Part shown: positions 14,001 to 25,324 of the stretch, in pieces | How the letters are laid out: every line of letters starts with the position of its first letter | Position numbering within the stretch: position 1 is the first letter of the stretch | Assembly: GCA_036785375.1 (NCBI GenBank) | Contig: JAWMAR010000307.1 | Span: forward strand, 248,001 to 312,000 | DNA length: 64,000 nt | Reading direction: 5' to 3' | DNA from: Leucoraja ocellata | Lineage: Eukaryota | Translations under genes and position numbers: made by a program | Notes under the pieces: model-generated | Seen by the model: the letters and a program-made list of their open reading frames with translations, nothing else | Told to the model about the DNA's origin: nothing | The model's database searches: none

Positions 14001-16292
14001 CTAAACGCCTATAAACCGCAATAAAGCCCGCTAAACCCCTCTAACCCCATATAAACCTCTCTAAACCCCTATAAAGCCTTGTAAACCCTTATAAACCCAT
14101 CTAAACCCCCTGTAAGCACCATGGAAACCCCCATAAACCCCGGTAAACCCTGTATAAAACCCCCTAAACCCCTGTAAACCATTGTAAACGCATGTAAACC
14201 TCTCTAAACATCTCTAACCCCTGTAAACAAATCTAAATCCCTCTAAACCACTACAAGCCCCTGTAAACCCCCTGTAAATGCATCTGAACCCCCCTAAACC
14301 CTGTTAACCGCTCTAAACCCCTCCGAACCTCTCTAAACCCCCATGTAAACCCATGTAGAACTCCTAAACCCCTGTAAACCTCTCTAAAACACTCTAAAGC
14401 CGTCTAAACCCTCTCTAAACACCCGCAATTATCTGTAAACCCCTCTAAACCCATCTAAAACGCTCTAAACCCATCTGAACCTCTGTAAATCCCTCTAACA
14501 CCCTCTAAACACCTCTAAACACTTGTAATCCCTGGTAAACCCCGCTAAGCCCCAATAAACGCCTGTAAACCCCTCTAGATCCCTGTAACCCCCTCTAAAC
14601 CCATCTATACCCAAGTAAACACCTGTAAAGACCTGTAAACCCCACGTAAACCCGTCTAAACACCTGTAAACCCCCTCTAAAACCCTGTAAAGCCTACTCA
14701 ACAGCTGAAAACATCTCTAAACCTCTAAGACCCTTTAACCCGCTCTAAACCACGCTAAACCTCTCTAAATACCTGTAAACACCCGTAAACACCTGTAAAA
14801 CCCGCTAACCCCTGTAAATCTCTCTAAACCCCTCCAAACCGCTCCAGACACCGCCAAACACCATGCAAACCCCCTCTAAATCCCTTCAAAGCCCTCCAAA
14901 GACCCCGCAAAGCCCCAGTAAACGCTGGTAAACCACTGTAAACCCCTTTAGATCCCTGTAAACCCCTCTAAACTCATGTAAACCTCTCTAAAACCTTCTA
15001 AATCCCCTGTAAACCATACTAAATCTCGCTACTCCTGTAAACCCCTCTCCACCTGTAAACACCTGTAAACCCCTATAAACCCCTATAAACCTCTCTAAAA
15101 CCCTCTAAACATGTGTAAACCCCTCGAAACCCCTGTAAAGCCTACTAAACACCTGTAAATATCTCTAAAACCCTCTAAACCACTCTAAACCCATCTAAAA
15201 CCCTCCGAACCACTCTAACCCCCTCCAAATCCCTCCAAACTGCTCTCCAGACACCTCCAAACTCCTGCAAGCCCCCTCTACATCCATCCAAAGCCCCCCA
15301 AAGCCAACCAAACACATATAAAGCCATCTAACCCCCTATAACACCCTGTAAACCCCATGTAAACCAATCTAAACCGCAGTTAATTACTCTAGACGTCTCT
15401 AAACCCCTATAAAGCCCGCTAACCCCTTAAAACCCCATATAAACACCATGTAAACCCCCAAAACCACTGGAAACTCCTCTCAACCCTTGTAAACCTGTTA
15501 ATCTCTCTAAAACCGTTTAAACACCTATAAACACGCATAACCCCTATGTAAACCCCTCTAAACCCCCTGTAAACCTCTCTAAAAACGCGAAACTCCTGTA
15601 AACCACTATAAACCTCTGTAAACCCCTCTAATCACATATAAAACCCACTAAACCCCTCAAAACCCATCTCCCCCCCCCAAACCCCGTAAACATCTGTAAA
15701 CATCACTAAACATAGCCCTCTAAACCCCTAAAAACCCATCAAAACACCTGTAAACACGTAAACCCTCTAACACCCTGTAACCCCTTTAAACCCATATAAA
15801 CCCCTGTACATCCCTCTGAACTCCTGTAAATCCCTCTAACCTCCTCTAAACACTTGTAAACCCCGGTAAACCCCGCTAAGCCCCAGTAAACGCCAGTAAA
15901 CCCCTCTAGATCCCTGTAAACCTCTGTAAACCTATCTAAACACACCATAAATACCTCTAAACCCCTGGAAACCCCTCTAAAACCATCGAAACCTCTGTAA
16001 ACCCCTCTAAACCTCTCTACACCTATAAACACCTGTATACCCCCTTTAAACCTCTCTAAACCCCCTACAAAGCCCTCTAAACCCCTTGTATACCCCATGT
16101 AGGCCCCCTTAAACCCCATATAAACTACCCGTGGGGGGGGGGGGGGGGGCGGGGTGCGGCGGCTGGGACGGCGGCTGGGACGGCGGCAGCAGCAGCAGCG
16201 ACAGCGAGCCTGGAGCGTAGAGTGCAAACCTCGTCCGCAAACTGTGAGCCGGGCGCACAAGCTGCGAGCCAGGTGCGAAAAGAGCGAGTCTC

Positions 16293-16712
16293 AATAAATG
16301 GGGAATTAGAGGAGGGCACCAATAAATGGGGAATTAGGGGAGGGCACTAATAAATGGGGAATTATGGGAGCGCAACGTTAAATGGGGAATTAGGGGAGCG
16401 CAACGTTAAATGGGGAATTAGGGGAGCGCAACGTTAAATGGGGAATTAGGGGAGCGCAACGTTAAATGGGGAATTAGCGGAGCGCATCATTAAATGGGGA
16501 ATTAGGGGAGCGCAACGTTAAATGGGGAATTAGGGGAGCGCAACGTTAAATGGGGAATTAGCGGAGCGCATCATTAAATGGGGAATTAGGGGAGCGCAAC
16601 GTTTAATGGGGAATTAGGGGAGCACATCGTTAAATGGGGAATTAGCGGAGCGCATCATTAAATGGGGAATTAGTGGAGCGCATCATTAAATGGGGAATTA
16701 GGGGAGGGCAAC
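16293..16712 (+). repeat. 28-bp minisatellite, about 15 copies
   Basis: Unit TAAATGGGGAATTAGGGGAGCGCAACGT with minor variants. Confidence 0.95.
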
Positions 16713-16714
16713 AG

Positions 16715-17170
16715 TAAACAGTGCCGCAGCGGTAGAGTTGCTGCCTCACAGGTTCAGACCCGGGTTCGATTCCGACCACGGCCGCCGGCTGCGCGGTTAA
16801 TACGTTCTCCCCGTGACCGCGTGGATTTTCTCCAGAGATGCTGCCTGCCCCGCTGTTACTCCAGAGTTTTGTGACCACATATGTTAGATCTGCGTTTCTG
16901 AGCTCAAGCTATCCAGCACGGTGGCACAGCGGTAGAGTTGCTGCCTGACAGCGCTAGAGACGCGGGTTCAATCCCGACTAAGGGTGCTGTCTGTGTGGAG
17001 TGTGCACGTTCTCCCCCAGACCACGTGGATTTTCTCCGACATCTTCGATTTCCTCCCGAACTCCAAGGACGCGCAGGCGTGTAGATATACAGGTTTAAAT
17101 GTAAATTGTCCCCAGTGTGTGTCGGACATCGATTATGTGTGGGGGTCGCTGGTCAGTGCCGACTCGCACA
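16715..17170 (+). mobile_element. Two tRNA-derived SINEs (V-SINE/HE1-like)
   Basis: GGTGGCACAGCGGTAGAGTTGCTGCC A-box region, GGGTTCGATTCC / GGGTTCAATCCC B-box, and a TGCACGTTCTCCCC..CGTGGATTTTCTCC core. Confidence 0.8.
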
Positions 17171-17309
17171 GTTCCATTTCGAGACCCTTTTGCCCACAGA
17201 TGCTGTCTGTCACGCTGGGTTACTCCAGCTTTTTGTGTATATCTTCGGTTGAAAGCAGCATCTGCAGCTTCTTCCTGTGCGAAGCTGTTCTTCCGTCTGG
17301 ACATTTGCG

Positions 17310-17906
17310 GGGATTAGAGGGGATTAGATAGGTTTGGGGGGTTTTGAGCGGTTTCGAAGTGTTTAGAGGGGGTTTCGTTGGGCATAGAGGAGTTTCAAGG
17401 GGTTTAGAGGGGCTTAGGGGGTTTAGAGATATTTAGAGGGGTTTAGACGGGTTTAAACGAGTTTAGAGAGGTTTGGAGGGGTTTAGAGGGGCTTTGAGGG
17501 GTAAGGGGGGGGGGGCAGAGAGGTTTAGAGGGGTTTGCAGGGGTTTCGATGGATTAGAGTGCTTTGGACGGGGTTTGGAGGGCTTTAGATGTGTTTAGAG
17601 AGCTTTGGAGGGGTTTAGTGGGTTTTAGAGGTTTGGAGGGGTTTAGAGGGGTTTAGAGGGTTTACAGGGGTCTAGAGGGGTTCAGAGGGATCCAAGGGAT
17701 TTAGTGGGCTTTAGAGGGGTTTAGAGTTGTTTAGAGGGTTTTAGAGAGGTTTAATAGGGGGTTTAGAGTTGTTTAGAGAGGTTTAATAGGGGGTTTATAG
17801 GTGTTTAGCGGGGTTAGAGGGGTTTAGGCGGGTTTAGACGGGTTTGGATGGGTTTAGAGAGGTTTTAACTGGTTTAGTGGGGGTTAGATGGATTTAGAGG
17901 GGGTCT
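17310..17906 (-). repeat. Same satellite in inverted orientation (G-rich on +)
   Basis: gaggggttta / gggtttagag units. Confidence 0.93.
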
Positions 17907-18843
17907 AAAGTTGAGCTACCTGCTTTTGGTCCATATCCCTCCAAACCTGTCCTATCCATGTATCAGTCAAACTTTCTTAAATTTTGGGATAGTACCTGCC
18001 TTAGCTACCTCCTCTGGCAGCTTGTTCCATACACCCACCACCGTTTTTGTGGAAGAAGTTACCCCTTAAAATGTTACCTCTTAAAAATACTTCAAACAAA
18101 AAAACATTTAAATCATACTTCTACAATGCACTAAAAGATGATTTTAATACAACAAATTAAACAAAATCCCTACCCCCCCTCCCTTACCCTCCCCCCGCTC
18201 GGTTGTTCCACTCCCTCCCAAGGACAGTGACTCAGCCCCCCTACTTACAAAAACACTCCACGACCCCTGAAACCTCAGATGGAGAGCACTACCAGATGTG
18301 AGCGGGGAACTGAGGACAGTTGTCCGTGATGCCTTAACCCCAATCCTCAGCGCTTTGTGTTTCAGAGTTGGCTAATGTTATTGATTTGTAATTAGCCTGA
18401 TTTGTAATTAGTTGACAAAACCTTAATTTATTAATCCGGAATATCCAGGGGGATCGGATAAGTGTAATATTAAAATGACATGCAAGTTGTCAGACTGTCT
18501 GCCATAACATACAGCCCCGATAACCCATTATTTCCTTCAGTTAAATATTGGGAAGGTAGCACTATTGTCATTTGCCACTCAACTATTATGTTCGTTTACC
18601 TCACTGACTATTTCTAAACCCCACACCCGCACCCCAAATTCCTTGAACAGGTTGAATAAATCTTGTTGTTTTATTAATTGAACACGTAGATGAACATCCT
18701 CAAGGAGTGTAATCAGATGGAAACTGATTCAGATGCGATTGGAGGAAGATGGCCAGGAATATAAAGAGAAGTTAGGGATAGAATAAAACTAAAAGAAAAG
18801 ATGTATAACAGAGCAAAGAGTAGCCGGAAGCCAGAGGATTGGT

Positions 18844-20248
18844 TAGATGAGGTTGGAGGAGGTGCAGGTGAACCTCAACTGTTTAAGAAGGAACAGCGCA
18901 ACTCCCTTGTCAATTCTTCCCTTCCTCCCGCTCCACCCCTTCCCCGGGCACTTTCCCTTGCAACCGCAAGAGATGCTACACCTGTCACTTTACCTCCCCC
19001 CTCGACTCCATTCAAGGACCCAAGCAGTCGTTCCAGGTGCGACAGAGGTTCACCTGCACTTCCTCCAACCTCATCTATTATGTCAGCTGATCTATATCGG
19101 TGAGACCAAGCGTAGGCTTGGCGATCGTTTCGCCGAACACCTCCGCTCGGTGCGCAAGAACCTACCTGACCTCCCGGTAGCTCAAGCACTTCAACTCCCC
19201 TTCCCATTCCCAATCCGACCTCTCTGTCCTGGGCCTCCTCCACGGCCAGAACGAGCAACACCGGAAATTGGAGGAACAGCACCGCATATTCCGCTTGGGG
19301 AGTCTGCATCCTGGGGGCATGAACATTGAATTCTCACAATTCTGTTAACCCTTGCTGTCTCAGGGCTCGAAATTCACAGTTGCCCGGGTGCCAATGACCA
19401 CTCAAACTGCCGCCGAGCAACCTAAACGGCGAGTCATTTTGCCCGGCTTGGCAACTTGGTTTATACCGAAGATAGACACACAAAAACAGGAGTAACTCTG
19501 CGCATCCAGTAGCATCTCTGGAGAAAAGGAACGTGACGTTTTGTGTCACCGCTGGTTGTGGGAAAGATGCTTCTGTACCAACAGCAATAACGACCCATGC
19601 TATGGCCATGTCATGATAATGTTCGGTCCTTCACAGAAAACATGCTTGTAGTGTGCATGGTTAAGCATATATGTTATCAAGGTCCAGGATTTATTGACAC
19701 AGGTTGATCATACGGTGAATAATCCAACAACATTTTTGTTTGGAAGTGGAAAGAAATAATAACAATTGCATTAATTGCAATGTGTAAAAAGAGTTGAGAT
19801 ACCCTATTATAATTTTGCTGCATATCATGTCTTGATTGGTGAATATGTTAGTTTGTGACTTTATTTGAAGCAGAAATAATATGTGAATGCATAATTCCGA
19901 CTGGTAACTGCGCACTTCGTCCGAGCACGCTTCATGCAAGCCATCTTAAATGACTACCTAAAATGTCATTTGGCAACCTAAAGAGCTGCCGAGGTTGCCC
20001 GGCTGGCAACAGGGAAAAAAAGTTAAGCGAGAGCCCTGTGTCTCCTCCCCTTCCTACCTCCGCCTTCGGGCTCCTCCTCCTTTTTCCTTTCTTCTCACCG
20101 CCTCCCCCCACCCCCTATCAGTCTGAAGAAGGGATTCGGCCCGAAACGTTGCCTATTTCCTTCGCTCCATAGATGCTGCTGCACCCGCTGAGTTTCTCCA
20201 GCATTTTTGTGTACCTTTGATTTTCCAGCATCTGCAGTTCCTTCTTAA
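18844..20248 (+). mobile_element. Penelope-like element 3' part (GIY-YIG endonuclease plus terminal repeat), split by a hAT-like insertion
   Basis: IYIGETKRRLGDRFAEHLRSV motif. The 5' piece 18844-18877 is an inverted copy of 19045-19077. Terminal repeat at 20039-20248. Confidence 0.85.
19361..20038. mobile_element. Non-autonomous hAT-like DNA transposon with a 5-bp TSD
   Basis: Termini CAGGGCTC...GAGCCCTG flanked by TGTCT/TGTCT. Subterminal GGCAAC/GTTGCC repeats. Confidence 0.8.
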
Positions 20249-20249
20249 G

Positions 20250-20948
20250 CAGTTTCCCTCCGAGCTGTTTCTTTGCCCCTTCCTCGCGGCCTACCTCGGG
20301 CTGGAGCTGCGTTTCCCGTCGGTACCGGCTGGGACTGCAGCTTCGACGGTGGCACAGCGCTGGGACACCAACACGGAGCGGGTGATGCCCTACCCGGGTC
20401 GCCGCGCGGTAAGCTCCGGAGTGCAGTCACCGCCAACTAACATCCGAGGAGCTGTGGCTGCGGGCGTCCAGCCACGGGCGGTGCTGGATTTGGAGTACCG
20501 TGGCGCCTGGGATCCGAGATCGCCAGAGTCGAAGCTCCCGCCAGCGCGGCCTGAGAACTTCGGGAGCCGCGGTCTCCAGGGAGGAAGTGGCCGCTCCTGA
20601 CATTTCCAAGACGCTGAGGAGTGTTCACCTGACGCCGGAGTTCCAGCTTCCCGGCAACAGGGCCTGAAAACATCGGACTGGCTGCGGAGGCCACAAATAG
20701 GCCCCGACCTCGAGTGATTCACAGAGGAAGACTTAACTTTCTGGTGCCTTTCCACAGTGGACATTTTTGATTCTGTTATGGGGGGGGACGTTCTTGTTGA
20801 ATTCTATAATGTGTTGTGTCATTTTTCTCTTTTTTAATTTTTCTATAGATGTACGGAAACTTTATTGTTTCTTTTGTGTAAAGCACTTTAGTTTCAACGC
20901 GAGTTGATTTAAACGTGCTATATAAATAAAATTTACTTACTTACTTAC
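20250..20948 (+). mobile_element. GC-rich non-autonomous retroposon with an L2-type 3' tail
   Basis: Ends GTAAAGCACTTT...GTGCTATATAAATAAA(TTAC)n. Body resembles 52679-53535 on the minus strand. Confidence 0.7.
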
Positions 20949-20959
20949 AAGGAAACTAT

Positions 20960-23912
20960 GTGTATCATTAAGATCCCCTCTCATCCGTCTAAATTCCAGA
21001 GTATACAAGCCCAGCCGCTCCATTCTCTCAGCATATGACAGTCCCGCCATCCCGGGAATTAACCTTGTAAACCTACGCTGCATTCCCTCAATAGCAAGAA
21101 TGTCCTTCCTCAAATTGGGGGACCAAAACTGTGCACAATACTCCAGGTGTGGTCTCACTAGGGCCCTGTACAACTGCAGAAGGACTACTTTGCTCCTATA
21201 CTCAACTCTTCTTGTTATAAAGGCCATGCAAACCTCTTCTCTCAAGCTTGGCAGTCTGAATCTAGTGCCATAGCTATTCATAACTGTGATCAAACTGAAT
21301 CAGGTTTTGACGGTATGATGTGGGAATTGGCTGGGATAAACTGGCAAATGTACTTAAAGGCTTAACGATTGATATGCAATGGCAAACATTCAAAGATCCT
21401 ATGGATGATTTGCACCAATTGTTCACCCCTGTCTGGTGTAAAAATAAAACAGGGAAGGCGGCTCAACCGTGGCAAATGATGGAAATTTGGGAATGTTAAA
21501 TCCAGGCATATAAATTGTCCAGACAAAGCAGCAAACCGGTGGACTGGGAGAAAATTAAAATTTAACAGAGGAGGATAAGGCATTGGTGAGGCCAATTCTG
21601 GAGTATGGGGTACAATTTTGGTCGCCTAATTATAGGAAGGATGTCAACAAAATAGAGAGAGTACAGAGGAGATTTACTAGAATGTTGCCTGGGTTTCAGC
21701 AACTAAGTTACAGAGAAAGGTTGAACAAGTTAGGGCTTTATTCTTTGGAGCGCAGAAGGTTAAGGAGGGATTTGATAGAGGTCTTTAAAATGATGAGAGG
21801 GATAGACAGAGTTGACGTGGATAAGCTTTTCCCACTGAGAGGAGGGAAGATGCAAACAAGGGGACATGACTTGAGAATTAAGGGACAGAAGTTTAGGGTT
21901 AACATGAGGGGGAACTTCTTTACTCAGAGAGTGGTGGCTGTGTGGAATGAGCTTCCAGTGAAGGTGGTGGAGGCAGGTTTGTTTTTATCATTTAAAAATA
22001 AATTGGATAGTTATATGGACGAGAAAGGAATGGAGGGTTATGGTCTGAGCGCAGGTATATGGGACTAGGGGAGAATATGTGTTCGGCACGGACTAGAAGG
22101 GTCGAGATGGCCTGTTTCCGTGCTGTAATTGTTATATGGTTATATGATAAAGGGATTAATTAAGGGGGGGGTAAATAGAGCATGAAAGGAAACTTGCGGG
22201 GATAATATTAGTGAAGACAAATATAGGCCCCTTACAGTCAGAAACAGGTTAATTTATAATGGTAAACAAGAAATTGGCAGATCAGTTAAACAAATACTTT
22301 TGTTCTGTCTTCACTAAGGAAGACACAAACAGTCTCCCAGAAATACAAGGGGACCGAGGATCTAGTGGGAGGGAGGAAGTGAAGGGAATCCACATGATTC
22401 AGGAAATGTTGTTAGGTAAACTGTTGGGACAGAAGACATGTAAATCCCCAGGGCCTGATGGTCTGCATCCGAAACAACACAAGGAGGTGACCCTTGAAAT
22501 TGCGGATGTATTGGTGATCATTTTCCAATGTTCTATAGACATTCAATTAGTTCCTGTGAACTGGAGGGTAGCTAATGTAACCCCATTTTTTAAGAAAGAA
22601 GGGATAGAGAAAACGGAATTATAGACGTTAGCCTGACATCGGTAGTAGGGAAGATGCTTGAGTCGATTATTAAAAATATAATAGCAGCACATTTGGAAAG
22701 CAGTGACAGGATCGGGCTGAGTCAGCATGGATTTATGAAGGGAAAATTATGCTTGACTCATTTTCTAGAATGTTTTGAGTATGTAAGAGGGAAAATGGAT
22801 AAGGGAGAGCCTGTGGATGTGGTGCATCTGGATTTTCAAAAGGCCTTTGAAAAGAGAACTGGTTGGCAGACAGGAAGCAAAGAGTAGGAATTAACGGGCC
22901 CGTTGTAGAATGTCAGGCCGTGACGGGTGGGGTGCCCACATGGTTCAATGCTAGGATTTTCAATATAGATTAACGATTTAGACAAAATAATTAAATTTCG
23001 CATCTCCAAGTTTGCGGATGTCACCGAACTGGGTGGTAGTGTGAGCTGTGAGGAGGATTATTTAAGGCTACAGGGTGAGTTAGATAGGTTGGGTGAGTGG
23101 GCAAATGCACAGCAGATGCAGTATAATGTGGATAAATGTGAGGTCATCCAATTTGGTGGCAAGGACAAGAAGGCAGATTATTATCTGAATGGTGTCAGAT
23201 TAGGAAAAGGGGAGGTGCAACGAGACTTGTGTGTCCTTGTACAATTGTCACTGAAAGTAAGCATACAGGTTAGGCAGGCAATGAAGAAAGCAACTGGCAA
23301 GTTGTCCTTCATAGCGAGAGGATTTGAGTATAGGAGCAAGGAGGTCCAACTGCAGTTGTACAGGGCACTGGTGAGAACACACCTGAGCATCATGTGCAGT
23401 TTTGGACCCTAATTTGCGGAAGGACATTCTTGTCATTGAATGAGTACAGCGTAGGTTCACAGGGTTAATTCCCGGGATGTCTGGACCGACATATGATGAA
23501 AGAATGGATCGACTGGGCTTAAATGAAGGGATTAAGAAGGATGAGAGGAGATCTTATAGAAACATATACAATTCTTAAGGGTTTGGACAGGCTGGATGCG
23601 GGAAGAATGTTCCTGATGTTGGGGGAGTTCAGACATATGGGGCACGGTTTAAGAATAAGGGCTAGGTCATTTAGTGTTGAGATGAGGAAAAACTTTTTTT
23701 TAGCAAGAGAGTTGTGAATTTGTGGAATTCTCTGTCTCAGAAGGCAGTGGAGGCCAATTCACTGGATGTTTCCAAGAGAGCTATATATACTGCTTGGGAC
23801 TAACGGAATCAAGGGATATGGGGAGAAAGCAGGAAATGGGTAATGATTTTGGATGATCATATTGAATGTGTACCGAACAGCTTCCTCCTGCACCTATTTT
23901 CTATGTTTCTAT
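20960..23912 (+). mobile_element. Decayed CR1 LINE cluster (minus fragment 20960-21228; plus element about 21290-23912)
   Basis: KSPGPDGLHP, QHGFMKGKLCLT, LDFQKAF, KFAD and QYNVDKCEVI motifs, with a (TTTCTATG) tail. Confidence 0.9.
21581..22145 (+). mobile_element. Younger CR1 3' fragment nested in CR1
   Basis: Open ORF 21583..22068, flanked by a GATAAGG duplication (21574-21580 / 22146-22152). Same family as 4485-5095 and 29212-29645. Confidence 0.9.
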
Positions 23913-24367
23913 ATTTTACTAATGTGTTCTAAGTAACCTGCGAACCCTGGTATATCTACTTTCTGCACTGTGGTATCAATTAACCTGTTCCTTTCTAAAT
24001 AACTTGCTAGCCTCTGTGCCACTATGCTAAAGAAAATCTTGCCTTCTACGTTTAGGAGACAAATAGCCTAAACTGATTTAACTCTGGAGACTCTTTCTTC
24101 TTGGGAATGAACATTCCCCCTGCTCTACGCCAAACCCTTGGTATGACCAGCTTCTACCAAACTATTGGCCGGAGCCTCCGTGGGAATCTAAGCACATCAG
24201 GTGCACTTTTATGTACCCGGTAAGGACTCTATTTGGTCCCGGGGAGCAAACAGTTCACCACAACGACCTATTTGTAGAAGATAGCTACTGTATAAGGGGC
24301 GTTTGTGAAAAGCGCCTACATGGTCGCTCTTCTCCTAGAACTTTGGCATAAAATGCATTCAAATATA

Positions 24368-25290
24368 AGGGGGGTGTGGACGTAAGGTCACTGGGTCATA
24401 GGGCTTGACGCACGGGGCCGCTCAATTCATCTGGAGGATATCCGTAACTTCCGGTATATTTTATGAATGCAAGAAACGCGTACTTTCCTACCTGTTAAAA
24501 ACCGCCAAAATATTGAATTATTGCGCTCTAAAAAATTGTGTAAGTCGGGGTAAGCGTGAGAGACATGTACCCAACTTCAGAATTCCAAACGTGAAGCGAA
24601 ATGAAGGTAAAGAGAAGTGAGAGCTCAAGGGACAATAGCAGCTAAAGTGCTTGGCGAACATTGGCCGTGCAGATATCGGAATTGAAAATATTGGGAATCC
24701 TCGCATTTGCTCACTGCATTTCATCAACAGTAAGGCATTATTTGTGTTTTTTCTTGATTCCTTTGGTATCTAAAAAGTCTCAGAAGTGATAAATCTAGCT
24801 GTAAATTTTGCTTCAGATGCGTTTTCATTTTGTAGGTAAAAACCCACATGAGAACCATGGGAGATTATAAAATTTTACAGCCTGATTTATCACTTCTGAA
24901 ACTTTTTAGATGCCAAAGGAATCAAGAAAAAACACAAATAATGCCTTAGTTGGTGAAATGCAGTGAGCAAACGGCCAATGTCCGCTAAGCACTCTGGCTG
25001 TTGTTGTCCCTTCAGCTCTCGCTTCTATTTACCGTCATTTCTACTCCCGTTTGGAATTCTGAAGTAGGCTAAATGTCTCTCAGCTTATCCCGATTTCTGT
25101 AATTATTAACAGCGCAAAAATGGACAATTTCGGTGGGTTTTAACAGGCCCGCTACGCTGGAAACAATGGTTAGTGCCTATATGCAGTTCATCGCTTGTAC
25201 TCCAGTTTGAGTAGTGTAGCAACAGTACGGGTCATGGGTCGTGACCCGACTGCCGTGAAACCTCCCTATACATGACCTTAACGTCATCGG
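24368..25290. mobile_element. Foldback non-autonomous DNA transposon (long internal inverted repeats)
   Basis: About 24570-24815 is the diverged reverse complement of about 24870-25070. Termini are AGGG...CCCT-like. Superfamily uncertain. Confidence 0.7.
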
Positions 25291-25324
25291 ATACCCGAGC
25301 GCGCAATGGTCGCATAATCGAAGT

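Larger units (their letters stand above)
110..16127 (+). repeat. Degenerate 10-11-bp telomere-like satellite, C-rich strand on + (consensus about TAAACCCCT[C/G])
   Basis: Continuous imperfect tandem units such as taaacccctc, taaacccctg and taaacctctc, interrupted by retroposon insertions. Confidence 0.97.

Noticed and set aside
110-16127. Ig switch-region analogue
   Set aside because: It is G-rich on the Ig sense strand but lies downstream of the TM exons rather than in the J-C intron, and it lacks dense AGCT motifs.
734-16322. Gly/Leu/Val/Phe-rich minus-strand ORFs (734, 1448, 3184, 5446, 9530, 14495, 15739)
   Set aside because: Translations of the G-rich satellite strand, with low complexity and no domain or splice structure.
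16293-16712. CRISPR-like regular repeats (also 55643-55800)
   Set aside because: Head-to-tail units with no unique spacers, no cas genes, and vertebrate DNA.
16715-17170. tRNA genes
   Set aside because: The A/B boxes are followed by a SINE core and no cloverleaf is evident.
110-17906. True telomere or chromosome-fusion site
   Set aside because: There is no pure (TTAGGG)n. The orientation switch is C-rich then G-rich, the opposite of an end-to-end fusion signature.
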